Below are positions 1 through 9,756 of a DNA stretch of 64,000 nt, in pieces; position 1 is the stretch's first letter; the number at the start of each line of letters is the position of its first letter. The notes under the pieces were generated by a model. That model saw nothing but the letters and a program-made list of their open reading frames with translations, made no database searches and had not been told where the DNA came from. Made by a program: the position numbers and the translations under genes. Source of the stretch: Candidatus Poribacteria bacterium (GTDB taxonomy: Bacteria > Poribacteria > WGA-4E > JAJDTR01); assembly GCA_965222225.1 (NCBI GenBank), contig CBDCTK010000002.1, forward strand, positions 4,736,001 through 4,800,000. The letters are read 5' to 3'.

Positions 1-694
1 CGCACGCCGGACTCAACACCACGAAAGGCTGATCGCTCGTCTCGTCTTTCACAATACTCCCGGTTGTGATATTGCTCGACAACGGTGGATGGAGGTAGAC
101 CTCTTCTGGAAAACACCGTTCGTCACCTTCCTCAAGCAGTTGAAATAAGTGATTCAAGGTGTATCGGAGAAGAGCCTTTTCGGTTCGCTCTGAATCTTCT
201 TTTCCATAAGAAATCCAGGTTTGTATCTGTGACCGAAGGTTTTTGAGAAAAACTTCATTTAGTCGCTGTTCGATTAGTCCTCTGCCACCCATGATGTGGG
301 TTAATCCCGTATCAAAAATCTCCCAAAATCGGTCTAGAAGTTCGTCATACCGAGTTTTCCCTTTTTGGAAAACGCTAAGGAGCATGATTTTTTTATTCAA
401 AGTGTAATCTGAATTGCCCGGGTTTGCCGTAAATATGGCAATTGGAATGCGGAAAAACGACTCTTCGATCTTTTTGATAACCTGATTCCCCTCATCACCT
501 TCATTCGCTAGTTTTAAATCGATAATCGCACCATCAAAAGAGTTGTCCAACAGTTCTAATGCTTTATCAAGAGTTTTGCATCCAACCGGTTCAATATCTC
601 GATTCTTTTCATCAACGTATCTTTCCACAGAATCCTTGCACGCCTCAAGATCTTGTTCGTCGTCTTCCACGATTAGCAACCGTAACTTGCTCAT
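1..694 (-). CDS. Response-regulator receiver-domain protein with long C-terminal extension (runs off the window start)
   Basis: Not in the ORF track. Manual translation from ATG 694 gives MSKLRLLIVEDDEQD...FDGAIIDLKL...IPIAIFTA...VVLSPAC, with the acidic pair, phospho-Asp and Thr of a REC domain. The start overlaps the kinase stop (ATGA, 691-694). Confidence 0.85.
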   Translation of the reverse strand, partial: MSKLRLLIVEDDEQDLEACKDSVERYVDEKNRDIEPVGCKTLDKALELLDNSFDGAIIDLKLANEGDEGNQVIKKIEESFFRIPIAIFTANPGNSDYTLNKKIMLLSVFQKGKTRYDELLDRFWEIFDTGLTHIMGGRGLIEQRLNEVFLKNLRSQIQTWISYGKEDSERTEKALLRYTLNHLFQLLEEGDERCFPEEVYLHPPLSSNITTGSIVKDETSDQPFVVLSPAC

Positions 695-2868
695 TTACCA
701 TTCTCCATCTTGGGCTGAAGTCTGAAATAGGCGCCTTCATCGGACTCAAAGGCTTTCAACTCAAGACCGTTTCGCTCTGCGGCTTCAGAGGCTATCGCCA
801 GCCCAAGCCCCGTTCCGTCCGGTTTGGTGGAAAACTCAGGTTCAAAGATGACTTCATTTTCGATGAGGCTCGGTTCAATTCCCGGTCCGCTATCTCGATA
901 GTCAATATGGGACAGAGAGTTACCATCGGTCACGAGTTCGATTTTAATTTGCCGTTTGGTTCCTTTCTTTTGGCTCATCCAATAAAGACTGTTGTCGATA
1001 AGATTTGTGAAAACCACGTAGATGTCTTGAGACCAAGCGGAGAATTTAAAGCTGTCAGTACCTCTGATTTCGGTAGATACATCTTCGGATTTCATCTCGT
1101 TTTCAAAAACTGAGAGAGTATTCTCTATTGTCTTCTTCAACTCCAGTGGTTTTTTGGCGGCACGTTTTCCCGCGGCTAGTGGATTAAGTCTTCCGAAGAG
1201 TTTCACGAAAATCTCCATATTTTCCTCAACACCATCGGCAATCGACAGCATTTTTTCAAGTTTTCCCAGATCCCCGGTTTCCTGAAATCTTTCTCTCCAG
1301 TATCTGAGATTCGGTATTTGGTTCCGAAAGTAGCTGAGCGGTTGGCTGCCTTCATGGACTATGACATTAAGGATTTTCCCTAGAGTGGCTTGCCCTTGGT
1401 AAACCCTAAGAGCTTGCCTGATTTCATTAGCATCCCTGCCCTTATCTTTTTCTACCTGGCCAACGATTTCAATAATTCGATCGATGGTTGGTTGATTGCA
1501 CCCATCTTCGGTGAGTTGCCTCCGTATGTTCCGTTTCAACGCATCAAAGGAGAAAAGCCGTCCCAGCTCCCGTTCCACCTTGATAGCAGGCCGACTCAAT
1601 CCTGCTTTTCTTCTGTACTCATAACGCCGCCTTTCCAGTTGCCTGATGACCGCCAGTGTGACTTCCTTCAGCCGATTGAACGCCTCATTCTCTTTAAGCC
1701 CGTCCCGAGCGCTTTTTTCCTCCAAGCCGGACCACTCGACCGAATCAATGTGCACATATCCTATGACTTGATTGTTAGCAATACAGAGTGACGGATTCTG
1801 TACGCGTCTCGCGTTCAGTTTCAACCAGTCAAAATCGGCATCGCCAAGCGGTCGGATGCGGAAGCCGTTCCGATAAACGCCGATACCGTTGTATGCATTC
1901 AGAAGCTGTCTCGCCTGATTTTTCCCGACATAGTTGCCCGATTCCTCCTTTAGTCCTCGTCCAATCAAAGATTCAATGGCATCGTTGTCGCGGTCATACA
2001 CACAGATTTCAATTTGAAACTCGCCGCAGCCAGTAGAATTTTCAAAATCAAATGACACTTCCTCCCTTATATCAAAGTCGATCTGTACGTCGGGAACGTT
2101 ACGGGCTTTCTGTGATGAGTACGTCAGAAAACCTTTACCATTTTTTCCGATGTTCCCCGAGATCCTGTAGTCATAGAGATCGAAAAGTAAATAGGGTTCG
2201 ATCTCTTTCTCAAAGTCCTCCACGCCCGGAAAACCCCGAACTTTCAAGTTTATACGAAATTCATCATCCTTAAAGACGCTACTCACAGGTGATTTTAGTT
2301 TCTTCAACTCAAACTGGAGCTCCTCAAACCGTTTCTGATCCCATTCGGCGAGAAGCTGATTATTTCCATTGATGGTCAGTCGTGTGCCTGGTGACTCCGA
2401 TACCTTCGTTGTTTCAATGGGAATTCCCACGTCATCTAGATATTCAGCAGACTCGAATTTGTTCCATTCAAAAGATGCCGTAGTTTTCTCTCCTTCTGGA
2501 GTCACAGTTTCGAAAAACAAATCTGTGCCGAGAATGGATGCCGCATACCGTCCCACACCCTTATTTCCTTGCATTACCCTTCCCCCACGACTGATGCGTT
2601 TGTCAAATTTGTCCCGCGTTGACGGCACCATCCATTTGTCGATGACATCGTCCCTCGACATCCCGTGACCGTGATCTGAGATAATGATAGAATATCCACT
2701 GCGAGTAGGAGATTTCTTGAATTCCACCTGCACATCCGGAGAGTCTGCATCATACGCGTTTTTTACGAGTTCGACAACAGCCGCAGAATTGTCGTGAATT
2801 AGGTCTTTTCCGATAGTCAGAACGTGCCGCCCCGCGGGCCTAATTTTATGAGTTGTATTGGCGTTCAT
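691..2868 (-). CDS. MORC/HSP90-like GHKL ATPase fused to a histidine kinase (two HATPase modules)
   Basis: N-terminal ELVKNAYDAD, DHGHGM, GNKGVGRYA; S5-like VYRNGFRIRPLG; H-box HEGSQP; second HATPase NLIDNS, DSGPGI, GTGLGLAI. Start placed at ATG 2868 behind a GAGGAGG RBS (ORF track starts at 2928). Confidence 0.88.
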   Translation of the reverse strand: MNANTTHKIRPAGRHVLTIGKDLIHDNSAAVVELVKNAYDADSPDVQVEFKKSPTRSGYSIIISDHGHGMSRDDVIDKWMVPSTRDKFDKRISRGGRVMQGNKGVGRYAASILGTDLFFETVTPEGEKTTASFEWNKFESAEYLDDVGIPIETTKVSESPGTRLTINGNNQLLAEWDQKRFEELQFELKKLKSPVSSVFKDDEFRINLKVRGFPGVEDFEKEIEPYLLFDLYDYRISGNIGKNGKGFLTYSSQKARNVPDVQIDFDIREEVSFDFENSTGCGEFQIEICVYDRDNDAIESLIGRGLKEESGNYVGKNQARQLLNAYNGIGVYRNGFRIRPLGDADFDWLKLNARRVQNPSLCIANNQVIGYVHIDSVEWSGLEEKSARDGLKENEAFNRLKEVTLAVIRQLERRRYEYRRKAGLSRPAIKVERELGRLFSFDALKRNIRRQLTEDGCNQPTIDRIIEIVGQVEKDKGRDANEIRQALRVYQGQATLGKILNVIVHEGSQPLSYFRNQIPNLRYWRERFQETGDLGKLEKMLSIADGVEENMEIFVKLFGRLNPLAAGKRAAKKPLELKKTIENTLSVFENEMKSEDVSTEIRGTDSFKFSAWSQDIYVVFTNLIDNSLYWMSQKKGTKRQIKIELVTDGNSLSHIDYRDSGPGIEPSLIENEVIFEPEFSTKPDGTGLGLAIASEAAERNGLELKAFESDEGAYFRLQPKMENGK

Positions 2869-3031
2869 AACTGATTGCCTCCTCTTTTCCGCGGTGTTTA
2901 ATCCCATGAGGTTTAGTCCGTAGCACAAACGATTGAAAAGTCAATTTGCTTGAATGCCGGCTGAATCATACCGTGAACGTATCTAGAGATTAAGAAATGA
3001 TGCAGGGACTAGATACACCAAACAGCGGAGA

Positions 3032-4045
3032 TTATATCAAGTCAAAGAGATGCTGATGCGTAATTTCCGTATGGAACCAAGCTCCATAGGCACTGCGCAA
3101 CCAGATTTCGGACGTACGAATCCAATCTCTCCAAGCATGCTCCATTTGTGCACGTTCCACATTCAAGACGCTCCAGAGCATCGGCAGCGACTGCGGCTTC
3201 TGAATTAGTAGAGAAATCGCACGTTGGTTTACTTCGGTGCCCTCAGACACAAATGTCAACGGAATCTCCAAGTAGGGATTGAAATTTGAGGGTAGACTTT
3301 CCTCATTGCCTGAAGCAATGTTTGCCGCTAGTTCATGAATATGCAGTGCCAGATAATACGCAACTAGTGAAGCACGGTATTCAAATTCATCGCCGAATAT
3401 GTGTGATAACCACTCCCATCCTGGCCTTTCATACGCTCCGGCCAAATATTTCCAACCTTTTACGCAATTTCCACCAGAATTACCACTAATCGACTCGGCG
3501 TACCCCCTTAATTCACTTCTTTGCCATAGATAAAGGTGCTTTGATGCATCTGCAACAGGAATCTTCGTTCGTGCAAGATCTAGGGCAAGGTCGAGTTGAC
3601 CTGTTAACAGGCTAAGCCCTCCGTGGAGACTGTGGTAGACATACCCTAGTACATCAGGAATGTTAGACCATGTTGTGTTACTAGTACGGTTCCATCCCGG
3701 GATGTTCATCAAATCATAAATCAAAGACTTTTGATCCTTAAGTTCCTCTTTGCAGGATTCAACTCCCATTAAGGCAACAGAAATTAAGGGGGAGATGACA
3801 TTGACGCCACCGTCTACAATCTGAAACAACTTCTCGAAATCCGGTTCTTGTCCATCCAACTCCCTTTCTCGCCATTTTACCAAGGCTTTGAGCACACTTG
3901 GTTTAATTCGTTTCATGAGTTGACGCCACCCAAGCACATCTCCCGCACGAGCAAGTTCAAATGCTACTGAATAAGCGTCGGATGCCGATTCAACGCACTC
4001 CGGGATTTCAGGTAATTGGGCGAAGATTTTAGGATATTCATCCAT
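3032..4045 (-). CDS. Hypothetical protein (337 aa) inside the defence-like island
   Basis: Long ORF co-oriented between hsdS and the GHKL kinase; no motif recognised. Confidence 0.7.
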   Translation of the reverse strand: MDEYPKIFAQLPEIPECVESASDAYSVAFELARAGDVLGWRQLMKRIKPSVLKALVKWRERELDGQEPDFEKLFQIVDGGVNVISPLISVALMGVESCKEELKDQKSLIYDLMNIPGWNRTSNTTWSNIPDVLGYVYHSLHGGLSLLTGQLDLALDLARTKIPVADASKHLYLWQRSELRGYAESISGNSGGNCVKGWKYLAGAYERPGWEWLSHIFGDEFEYRASLVAYYLALHIHELAANIASGNEESLPSNFNPYLEIPLTFVSEGTEVNQRAISLLIQKPQSLPMLWSVLNVERAQMEHAWRDWIRTSEIWLRSAYGAWFHTEITHQHLFDLI

Positions 4046-4112
4046 TTTTTGTCTCCAATGTCATACGGATATAAACCGCCTAAGTTTAAACGTCATGCAA
4101 AAGCCGAAAAAG

Positions 4113-5773
4113 TCAATCAACGTGAATCTCCCCTGACAAAAGTTTCGGCAGCAGTGCCTCTCGAATTTGGGAAAGAGTGTGTGATTGATGAATGTTTTCG
4201 ATAATTCTCCCAATGAGTGGTCGTATTAAATCGCTGTATTTTTGAGCGATTTCAAGTTGGGGCAGCACGAATTCATACTTTGACATGTCTCTCCAATTGG
4301 TTCGTGGCATTCTTGTACCCGTGGAATGAGCGTCAGTATAAGCAACGAATTCGTCACAGGACACAATCCCCAAAACAACATCGAACCATTCTGATTTAAT
4401 CGGCTGGACAACTAGAATGTCGGTTGAGCAAACCCCATCGGTCGGCGCAACGCCGACCTTGTGAAAATAAGGTCGAAGTTTCCCAAAGAGGATTTCACCC
4501 TTTCTGAATCGAGATTTATTGCTGCCGATTCCGTCGGCAGTTTGCCATTCAGAGAGAGCTATACTCCGCTTGACATATGCTCTAATCCGATATAAACGTC
4601 GCTTGAGTCGATTTGGTTAACGTTTGCACTACGTCGAACATTTTGTGCAATTTCTCCGAGTGTTCCAACCTCCCACCCCTCCGGAATCTTCCCCAACGGC
4701 GAATCTTGAAAAGCAGAAGGGAATATGGTGGCGGTTTCCGCGTCCATGCCAACGGGCTCCCGCCCCTCCATCTTTGCCCGCACGGGATCTAAATCCACAA
4801 ACCACGACTTGAAGATTGCCTTTGCCATCGCCTCCAGCGTCTCGTTCATCTGCCGATTAAGTTCGATCTTGTCGTCAAGTGAGCCTAGGATGTTGGCAAT
4901 CCGGCGTTGCTCAGGAAGAGGTGGTAATGCAACAAGAAAAGATTCAATGTGCGCTTTGGTAAGCGCTTTTCTTGTCCCTCCAGAATCGTGACCTAGCACG
5001 TAGGCTTTAACCCGCGGAGCACTCAAGTATTTTTGAAGGAAAGTGCTATTTAACCTATCAGAAGTTCGTATAACGGCAACATGTTGATTCACTCTCGCTG
5101 GTAGGGTCCATTTTGGAACAACGCAGCAACGAGCAACTGAATCTCCTGTGATGTTCAAAAGCACATCATCTTCTTGTATATCTACCCGCCGTAATTTATA
5201 TGCTGCAGATTCATCAATGTGGGCTAATCCATCTCTACTGAATTCATGATCGTAGACGTTTTGGCTACGGATCAAACTCACTCCTTCCGATTTATAGACG
5301 TTCTTCCCGCCTCTAGGCGTCGCGCCAGTGCTTATAAATGACGTTACGTCCGCTAAACGAACAACCTCCCAACCGGTAGGCGGCGCTCCTAGGGGTAGTG
5401 ATTTTAACAATAGCTCATTTATTTTGGCACTTTGATTCTGGGTATTTTTTGAATTCGTGCATTCACCTGCAGTCTTCGCTTGGCGTATTACCTCATATTC
5501 CTCAGCAATCACGTGCTTGAACCCATCTGATAGCACATGCCAATCTAACACATCAACCCGAATTGGAAGGTCGGATTCCTCGAATGCCTCTTTCAACTGA
5601 CGCATGCGCCTTAGGCTGAACGGCTCACTACCGACAACTGCAAGATCTAGGTCTGAATAATCCTTTGCTGTCCATGTCATCCGTGATCCATAGGCGCGAA
5701 CCTCGCATTCGGGGGCATGTTCCGTCAGTATGCGTTGAACTGTTTCAAGATATTTGGGATTAAGGTCAATCAT
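4113..5773 (-). pseudogene. hsdS: Type I R-M specificity subunit with N-terminal minimal nucleotidyltransferase domain; frameshifted near 4572
   Basis: N-terminal YGSR...YSDLDLAV...LPIRVDV (MNT), then TRD1 and the conserved PPLPEQRRIA...LDDKIELNRQMNETLE. The frame stops at 4559 (EHMSSGV*), but a shifted frame continues KRSIALSEW...LRPYFHKV...GTRMPR...LLPKLLSGEI to 4113. Confidence 0.85.
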
Positions 5774-7380
5774 TGTGTGCTTTTATGCCCGAACATTCTC
5801 AGACTATGCCCAATTGCCTCGTCCTGTCGTCTTGCCTCTGCCATCTGATCCGCCAGTCGTTCCGTCAAGAGGGCTATTTTCTCCTCAAACGGCTCGTCAT
5901 CGTCCTCCTGAGCCTCGGCGCCGACGTAACGTCCGGGGGTCAACACATTTCCGTGCTCGTGTATCTCTTCCAAGCTGGTGCTCTTGCAGAAACCCGGGAT
6001 GTCCGAATATTCACCCGCTCCCTCGTCGCTGCGCCAAGCGTGATAGGTGCTGGCAATGCGGGTTACGTCTTCTTCACTGAGTTCCCGGTGCACACGGTCA
6101 ATCATGGCGCCGAGTTTCCGGGCGTCAATGAACAGCGTTTCCTTCCTCCGCTTTCGAAAACGAGAATCCTCTTTATTTCGAGCGAGAAACCAAAGGCACA
6201 CGGGTATCTGCGTCGAATAGAACAGTTGCCCCGGCATCGCGACCATGCAATCGACCAAGTCGGCTTCAATGATATTCTTGCGGATTTCGCCCTCGCTGGT
6301 AGTGTTGGAACTCATCGAACCGTTTGCCAGCACGAATCCGGCGATGCCATCGGGCGCGAGGTGATGGATGAAGTGTTGTACCCACGCAAAGTTGGCGTTT
6401 CCTGTTGGAGGCACCCCGTAAACCCAGCGCCTGTCCTCACGCAGTCGCTCGCCTCCCCAGTCGCTGCTATTGAACGGCGGATTGGCGAGGATGTAATCAA
6501 CTTTCAGGTCGGGATGAAGTTCGCGGTGAAAACTATCGGCGTGCTCAACCCCAAGATTGGCGTCAATGCCGCGAATGGCGAGGTTCATCTGCGCCAGTTG
6601 CCAAGTGGTCGGGTTGGACTCCTGTCCGAAGATTGAGATATCGTCGCGTCCTCCGCCGTGCGCTTCAACAAAGGCTTCACTTTGGACGAACATGCCGCCC
6701 GACCCACAGCACGGGTCGTGCACTCGTCCTTTGTAGGGCGCAAGCATCTCCACCAGCACCCCCACCACGCAGCGTGGCGTGTAGAACTGGCCGCCTCTCT
6801 TGCCTTCTGCGCTGGCAAATTGTGAGAGAAAGTATTCGTAAACCCTACCCAAGATGTCCTTCGATCGATTCTCCTCCTCTCCCAAACCGATTGTGCCAAT
6901 CAGGTCAACTAGCTCGCCAAAGCGACGTTTGTCAAGCATCGGGCGGGCGAAGTTCTTTGGCAGAACACCTTTAAGACGAGGGTTCTCTCCTTCAATGGCA
7001 CCCATGGCTTTGTCAACTAGCGTGCCTATTTCCGGTGTTTTGGCGCGGGCTTGCAGATAGGACCAGCGTGCTTCTGTCGGGACGTAGAAGATGTTTTCCG
7101 CAAGGTATTCATCTCGGTCTTCCACAAACTCGTAACGAAAGGATTCTTCTTCAAGATAATATTCACTCTCAGAATTAGCGGATTGTTTAAGTAGAAAAGC
7201 GTGTCGTTCCTCAAAACGGTCCGAGATGTACTTGAGGAAAATCAACCCCAATACGACGTGTTTGTATTCCGCGGCATCAAGATTGTTGCGGAGCTTGTCG
7301 GCGGCTTGCCACAAGGTGGCTTCAAAACCGAGCGTCGCCCCGTTTCCGTTTGGTTTTGACTTTCTCTTGTTTCTTGCCAT
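5770..7380 (-). CDS. hsdM: Type I R-M DNA methyltransferase subunit M (N6-adenine)
   Basis: [24 protein letters not shown] (motif I), ANPPFN (motif IV); stop overlaps the hsdS start. Confidence 0.96.
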   Translation of the reverse strand: MARNKRKSKPNGNGATLGFEATLWQAADKLRNNLDAAEYKHVVLGLIFLKYISDRFEERHAFLLKQSANSESEYYLEEESFRYEFVEDRDEYLAENIFYVPTEARWSYLQARAKTPEIGTLVDKAMGAIEGENPRLKGVLPKNFARPMLDKRRFGELVDLIGTIGLGEEENRSKDILGRVYEYFLSQFASAEGKRGGQFYTPRCVVGVLVEMLAPYKGRVHDPCCGSGGMFVQSEAFVEAHGGGRDDISIFGQESNPTTWQLAQMNLAIRGIDANLGVEHADSFHRELHPDLKVDYILANPPFNSSDWGGERLREDRRWVYGVPPTGNANFAWVQHFIHHLAPDGIAGFVLANGSMSSNTTSEGEIRKNIIEADLVDCMVAMPGQLFYSTQIPVCLWFLARNKEDSRFRKRRKETLFIDARKLGAMIDRVHRELSEEDVTRIASTYHAWRSDEGAGEYSDIPGFCKSTSLEEIHEHGNVLTPGRYVGAEAQEDDDEPFEEKIALLTERLADQMAEARRQDEAIGHSLRMFGHKSTQ

Positions 7381-7510
7381 TCAGTTATCCTCGTGCACAA
7401 TTTGTGACGCCGGACGGGTGTCTCCCGTTGAAGTCATGCTACCGCCAACTCTACCCTTTCACCGTACCACGACACCTTCCTAGAAATGGAGGCACACTTC
7501 ACAACACTTA

Positions 7511-7753
7511 GAGCCTGTTTGAATAATCGGTGGCAAAGCCATTTTGGTCATTTGTAGAAAGTTTCTTCATGTTTTCATTGTTGGCTGCTACATACCTATG
7601 GGATCCCTATCGCACTCGCTATCCACTCGCTTGAGCGCTGCTGGCGCTTTCAAAGGCTGGTAGGATTTCTATCGCGCTCATTATTCATTCGCTTGATCGC
7701 AGGGGATCTCTATCGCAGTCATTATTCATTCCTTTGATCGCACCCTACAAACT
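7511..7753. mobile_element. IS5-type MITE, truncated copy with one TIR
   Basis: Begins TTA|GAGCCTGTTTGAA and is a near reverse complement of 44149-44411. Similarity ends near 7753, before the second TIR. Confidence 0.8.
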
Positions 7754-7865
7754 ATGTCATCGTCCGCGGCGGTTAGAAACCAGCAATCTTTACGCTTCCA
7801 TTGCCATATTTCCTCACATAATGTCACATAATGTCACAATTTTTTAATTTATCTTATCGCGCTAA

Positions 7866-8752
7866 GATCCTGTTTGAAAAAGAAGAAAGTTGTCTGAAGG
7901 GTTGATGATTACGTTTACTCATTGGAGCAGTTCATTCTGAACCAATGAAAGGAGTAAACATCAACCGCACGAGTTATCCCAGTGATTTGACCGATACACA
8001 GTGGGAGAAACTGTTACCATTTCTGCCAACACCTCAACCCTTAGGCAGACCTCTCAAGTGGGAGATGTGTTTAATCATCAACGCCATCTTTTATGTCGTC
8101 AAGTCCGGTTGTCAGTGGCGAATGCTACCCCATGATATGCCACCGTGGCAAACCGTCTACTACCGTTTCAGAAAGTGGAAAGCCGACGATACATGGCTCT
8201 TGATTCATCAGGCACTTCACGAACAAACACGTTGCGATGCTGGCAAAGAACCATCACCGACAGCAGCTATCATCGACAGCCAATCCGTTAAGACGACGGA
8301 ATTAGCGGCGACTAGAGGATTTGATGGTCACAAGAGAGTCAAAGGACGCAAACGACATCTAGTAACTGATACGATAGGTGTTCCATTGATAGTCAAAGTC
8401 ACTGACGCCAATGTCAGTGACAATCAGATAGCTATTGAATTACTAACAGAAGTGTTTAGCTGGTACATAACAATTCAGTTGGTGTGTGCCGATGCTGCCT
8501 ATCGCGGAGAATTAGAAGACTGGTTATATCTAGCTCATCAGTGTCAACTGGAGATTGCATCTACGCTAGGGCAGCAGGGGTTTGAAGTTGTCCCGTTACG
8601 ATGGATTGTTGAACGCACATTTTCTTGGCTTGGCTGGTTTCGTCCATTGACTTTGGATTATGAACGCTATCCTAAGACTGCTCAGACCATGGTGTACATC
8701 GCTTCCATTTACTTGATGCGAAACCGAGTCAAATGACTTTTCAAACAGGCTC
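7866..8752 (+). mobile_element. IS5-family insertion sequence (IS1031-like)
   Basis: TIRs GATCCTGTTTGAAAA at 7866 and TTTTCAAACAGGCTC ending 8752; TWA flanks (TAA / TTA). Confidence 0.88.
7945..8736 (+). CDS. IS5-family DDE transposase
   Basis: YPSDLTDTQW, GCQWRMLP, IIDSQSVK, ADAAY, RWIVERTFSWL. Confidence 0.95.
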   Translation: MKGVNINRTSYPSDLTDTQWEKLLPFLPTPQPLGRPLKWEMCLIINAIFYVVKSGCQWRMLPHDMPPWQTVYYRFRKWKADDTWLLIHQALHEQTRCDAGKEPSPTAAIIDSQSVKTTELAATRGFDGHKRVKGRKRHLVTDTIGVPLIVKVTDANVSDNQIAIELLTEVFSWYITIQLVCADAAYRGELEDWLYLAHQCQLEIASTLGQQGFEVVPLRWIVERTFSWLGWFRPLTLDYERYPKTAQTMVYIASIYLMRNRVK

Positions 8753-8781
8753 TTAACAAAATAATCGAGAAATGATATAAT
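8753..8781 (+). promoter_or_regulatory. Putative sigma70 promoter for the aldolase gene, abutting the IS5 right end
   Basis: TTAACA (8753-8758), 17-nt spacer, TATAAT (8776-8781) with an extended-10 TG. Confidence 0.5.
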
Positions 8782-8917
8782 GCCTTGCACACCTGAAAAT
8801 ATACATCGGAGGAGGTTTTCTGTCAACGATATTCGCTGTCGGATAGTTTGTGTCCTTTTGCGAAAACCATCTTTGGTTTTCAGGAAATTCCGAAATTCAA
8901 CTTAGGAGACCACTGAT

Positions 8918-9727
8918 ATGAGATATAATCGTGTGAGGGAAATTTTTAACTCGGATGAACTTCTGCTTGACACCCGCATGCACAGTCCATGGGGCAACGA
9001 AATTGACATGATTGGCTGTACCGCTCTGAACACCGTCCAGGTTGTCGCGGAGTACGGCGCGCTCGAAACCTTGGATTTTGAGAACCTGTGCCGTGCGGCA
9101 GAAGCCAACAACCTCGGCAAAATCATCAAGCTTGATAGCGCTGGCCAGGAACTCCGCGTTCAGAGGGCAATCGGCGCCGGATTTGAAGCCGTGGTTTTTG
9201 TGGACGTGCACGATCGCGCCGAGACTGAAGAGTGCGTGCGTATTATTCGCGCTTCAACGCCGGAGGATGATGGATTGAATCCGGTTCGACTGGTTCGGGC
9301 GTTCTATCCCGGGTATGGGGGCACGCAAGCCTATATCGACCAGCTGAGAGACATCGTGGTCATCCTCATGATTGAGAAGGCTGAAGCCGTCGAGAATCTG
9401 GATTCGATTCTAGAGGTTGAAGGCGTCGATGGAATAATATGGGGTCCCGGCGATTATTGGCAGAGCATGGGGCAGCCGGAAAAGAGGGGCACGGACGAAG
9501 ATATCGCCATACAGACGCAGGTACACCGTGCCGCGTTGGACCGGGGAGTCGAGCCAATCGTTGAAATCAACACGTTCGACCAAGCGGCACCGTGGCTCAA
9601 TATGGGAATCCGCATGTTCTCGTTGGGAACGACCGTAAGCATTCTTCACAAGTATTGGCGTGAACACGGCGACGGTGTGCGAGAACTACACGCTCAACGC
9701 AAGCAAACCGCCGCTGCTGCCGATTGA
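8918..9727 (+). CDS. HpcH/HpaI aldolase/citrate lyase family protein
   Basis: AEYGALE, ILMIEKAEAVENLDSILEVEGVDGIIWGPGDY. Confidence 0.85.
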   Translation: MRYNRVREIFNSDELLLDTRMHSPWGNEIDMIGCTALNTVQVVAEYGALETLDFENLCRAAEANNLGKIIKLDSAGQELRVQRAIGAGFEAVVFVDVHDRAETEECVRIIRASTPEDDGLNPVRLVRAFYPGYGGTQAYIDQLRDIVVILMIEKAEAVENLDSILEVEGVDGIIWGPGDYWQSMGQPEKRGTDEDIAIQTQVHRAALDRGVEPIVEINTFDQAAPWLNMGIRMFSLGTTVSILHKYWREHGDGVRELHAQRKQTAAAAD

Positions 9728-9756
9728 TGCTAGGATGATTCCTACCAGCGGTCTGG

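Noticed and set aside
5773-6636. 287-aa plus-strand ORF
   Set aside because: Antisense shadow of hsdM with no recognisable motif.
7602-7739. Three 35-nt repeats as a mini-CRISPR array (also 44182-44319)
   Set aside because: Spacers are 27 and 6 nt and shared between the two loci, the repeats are diverged, they lie inside a MITE, and no cas genes are present.
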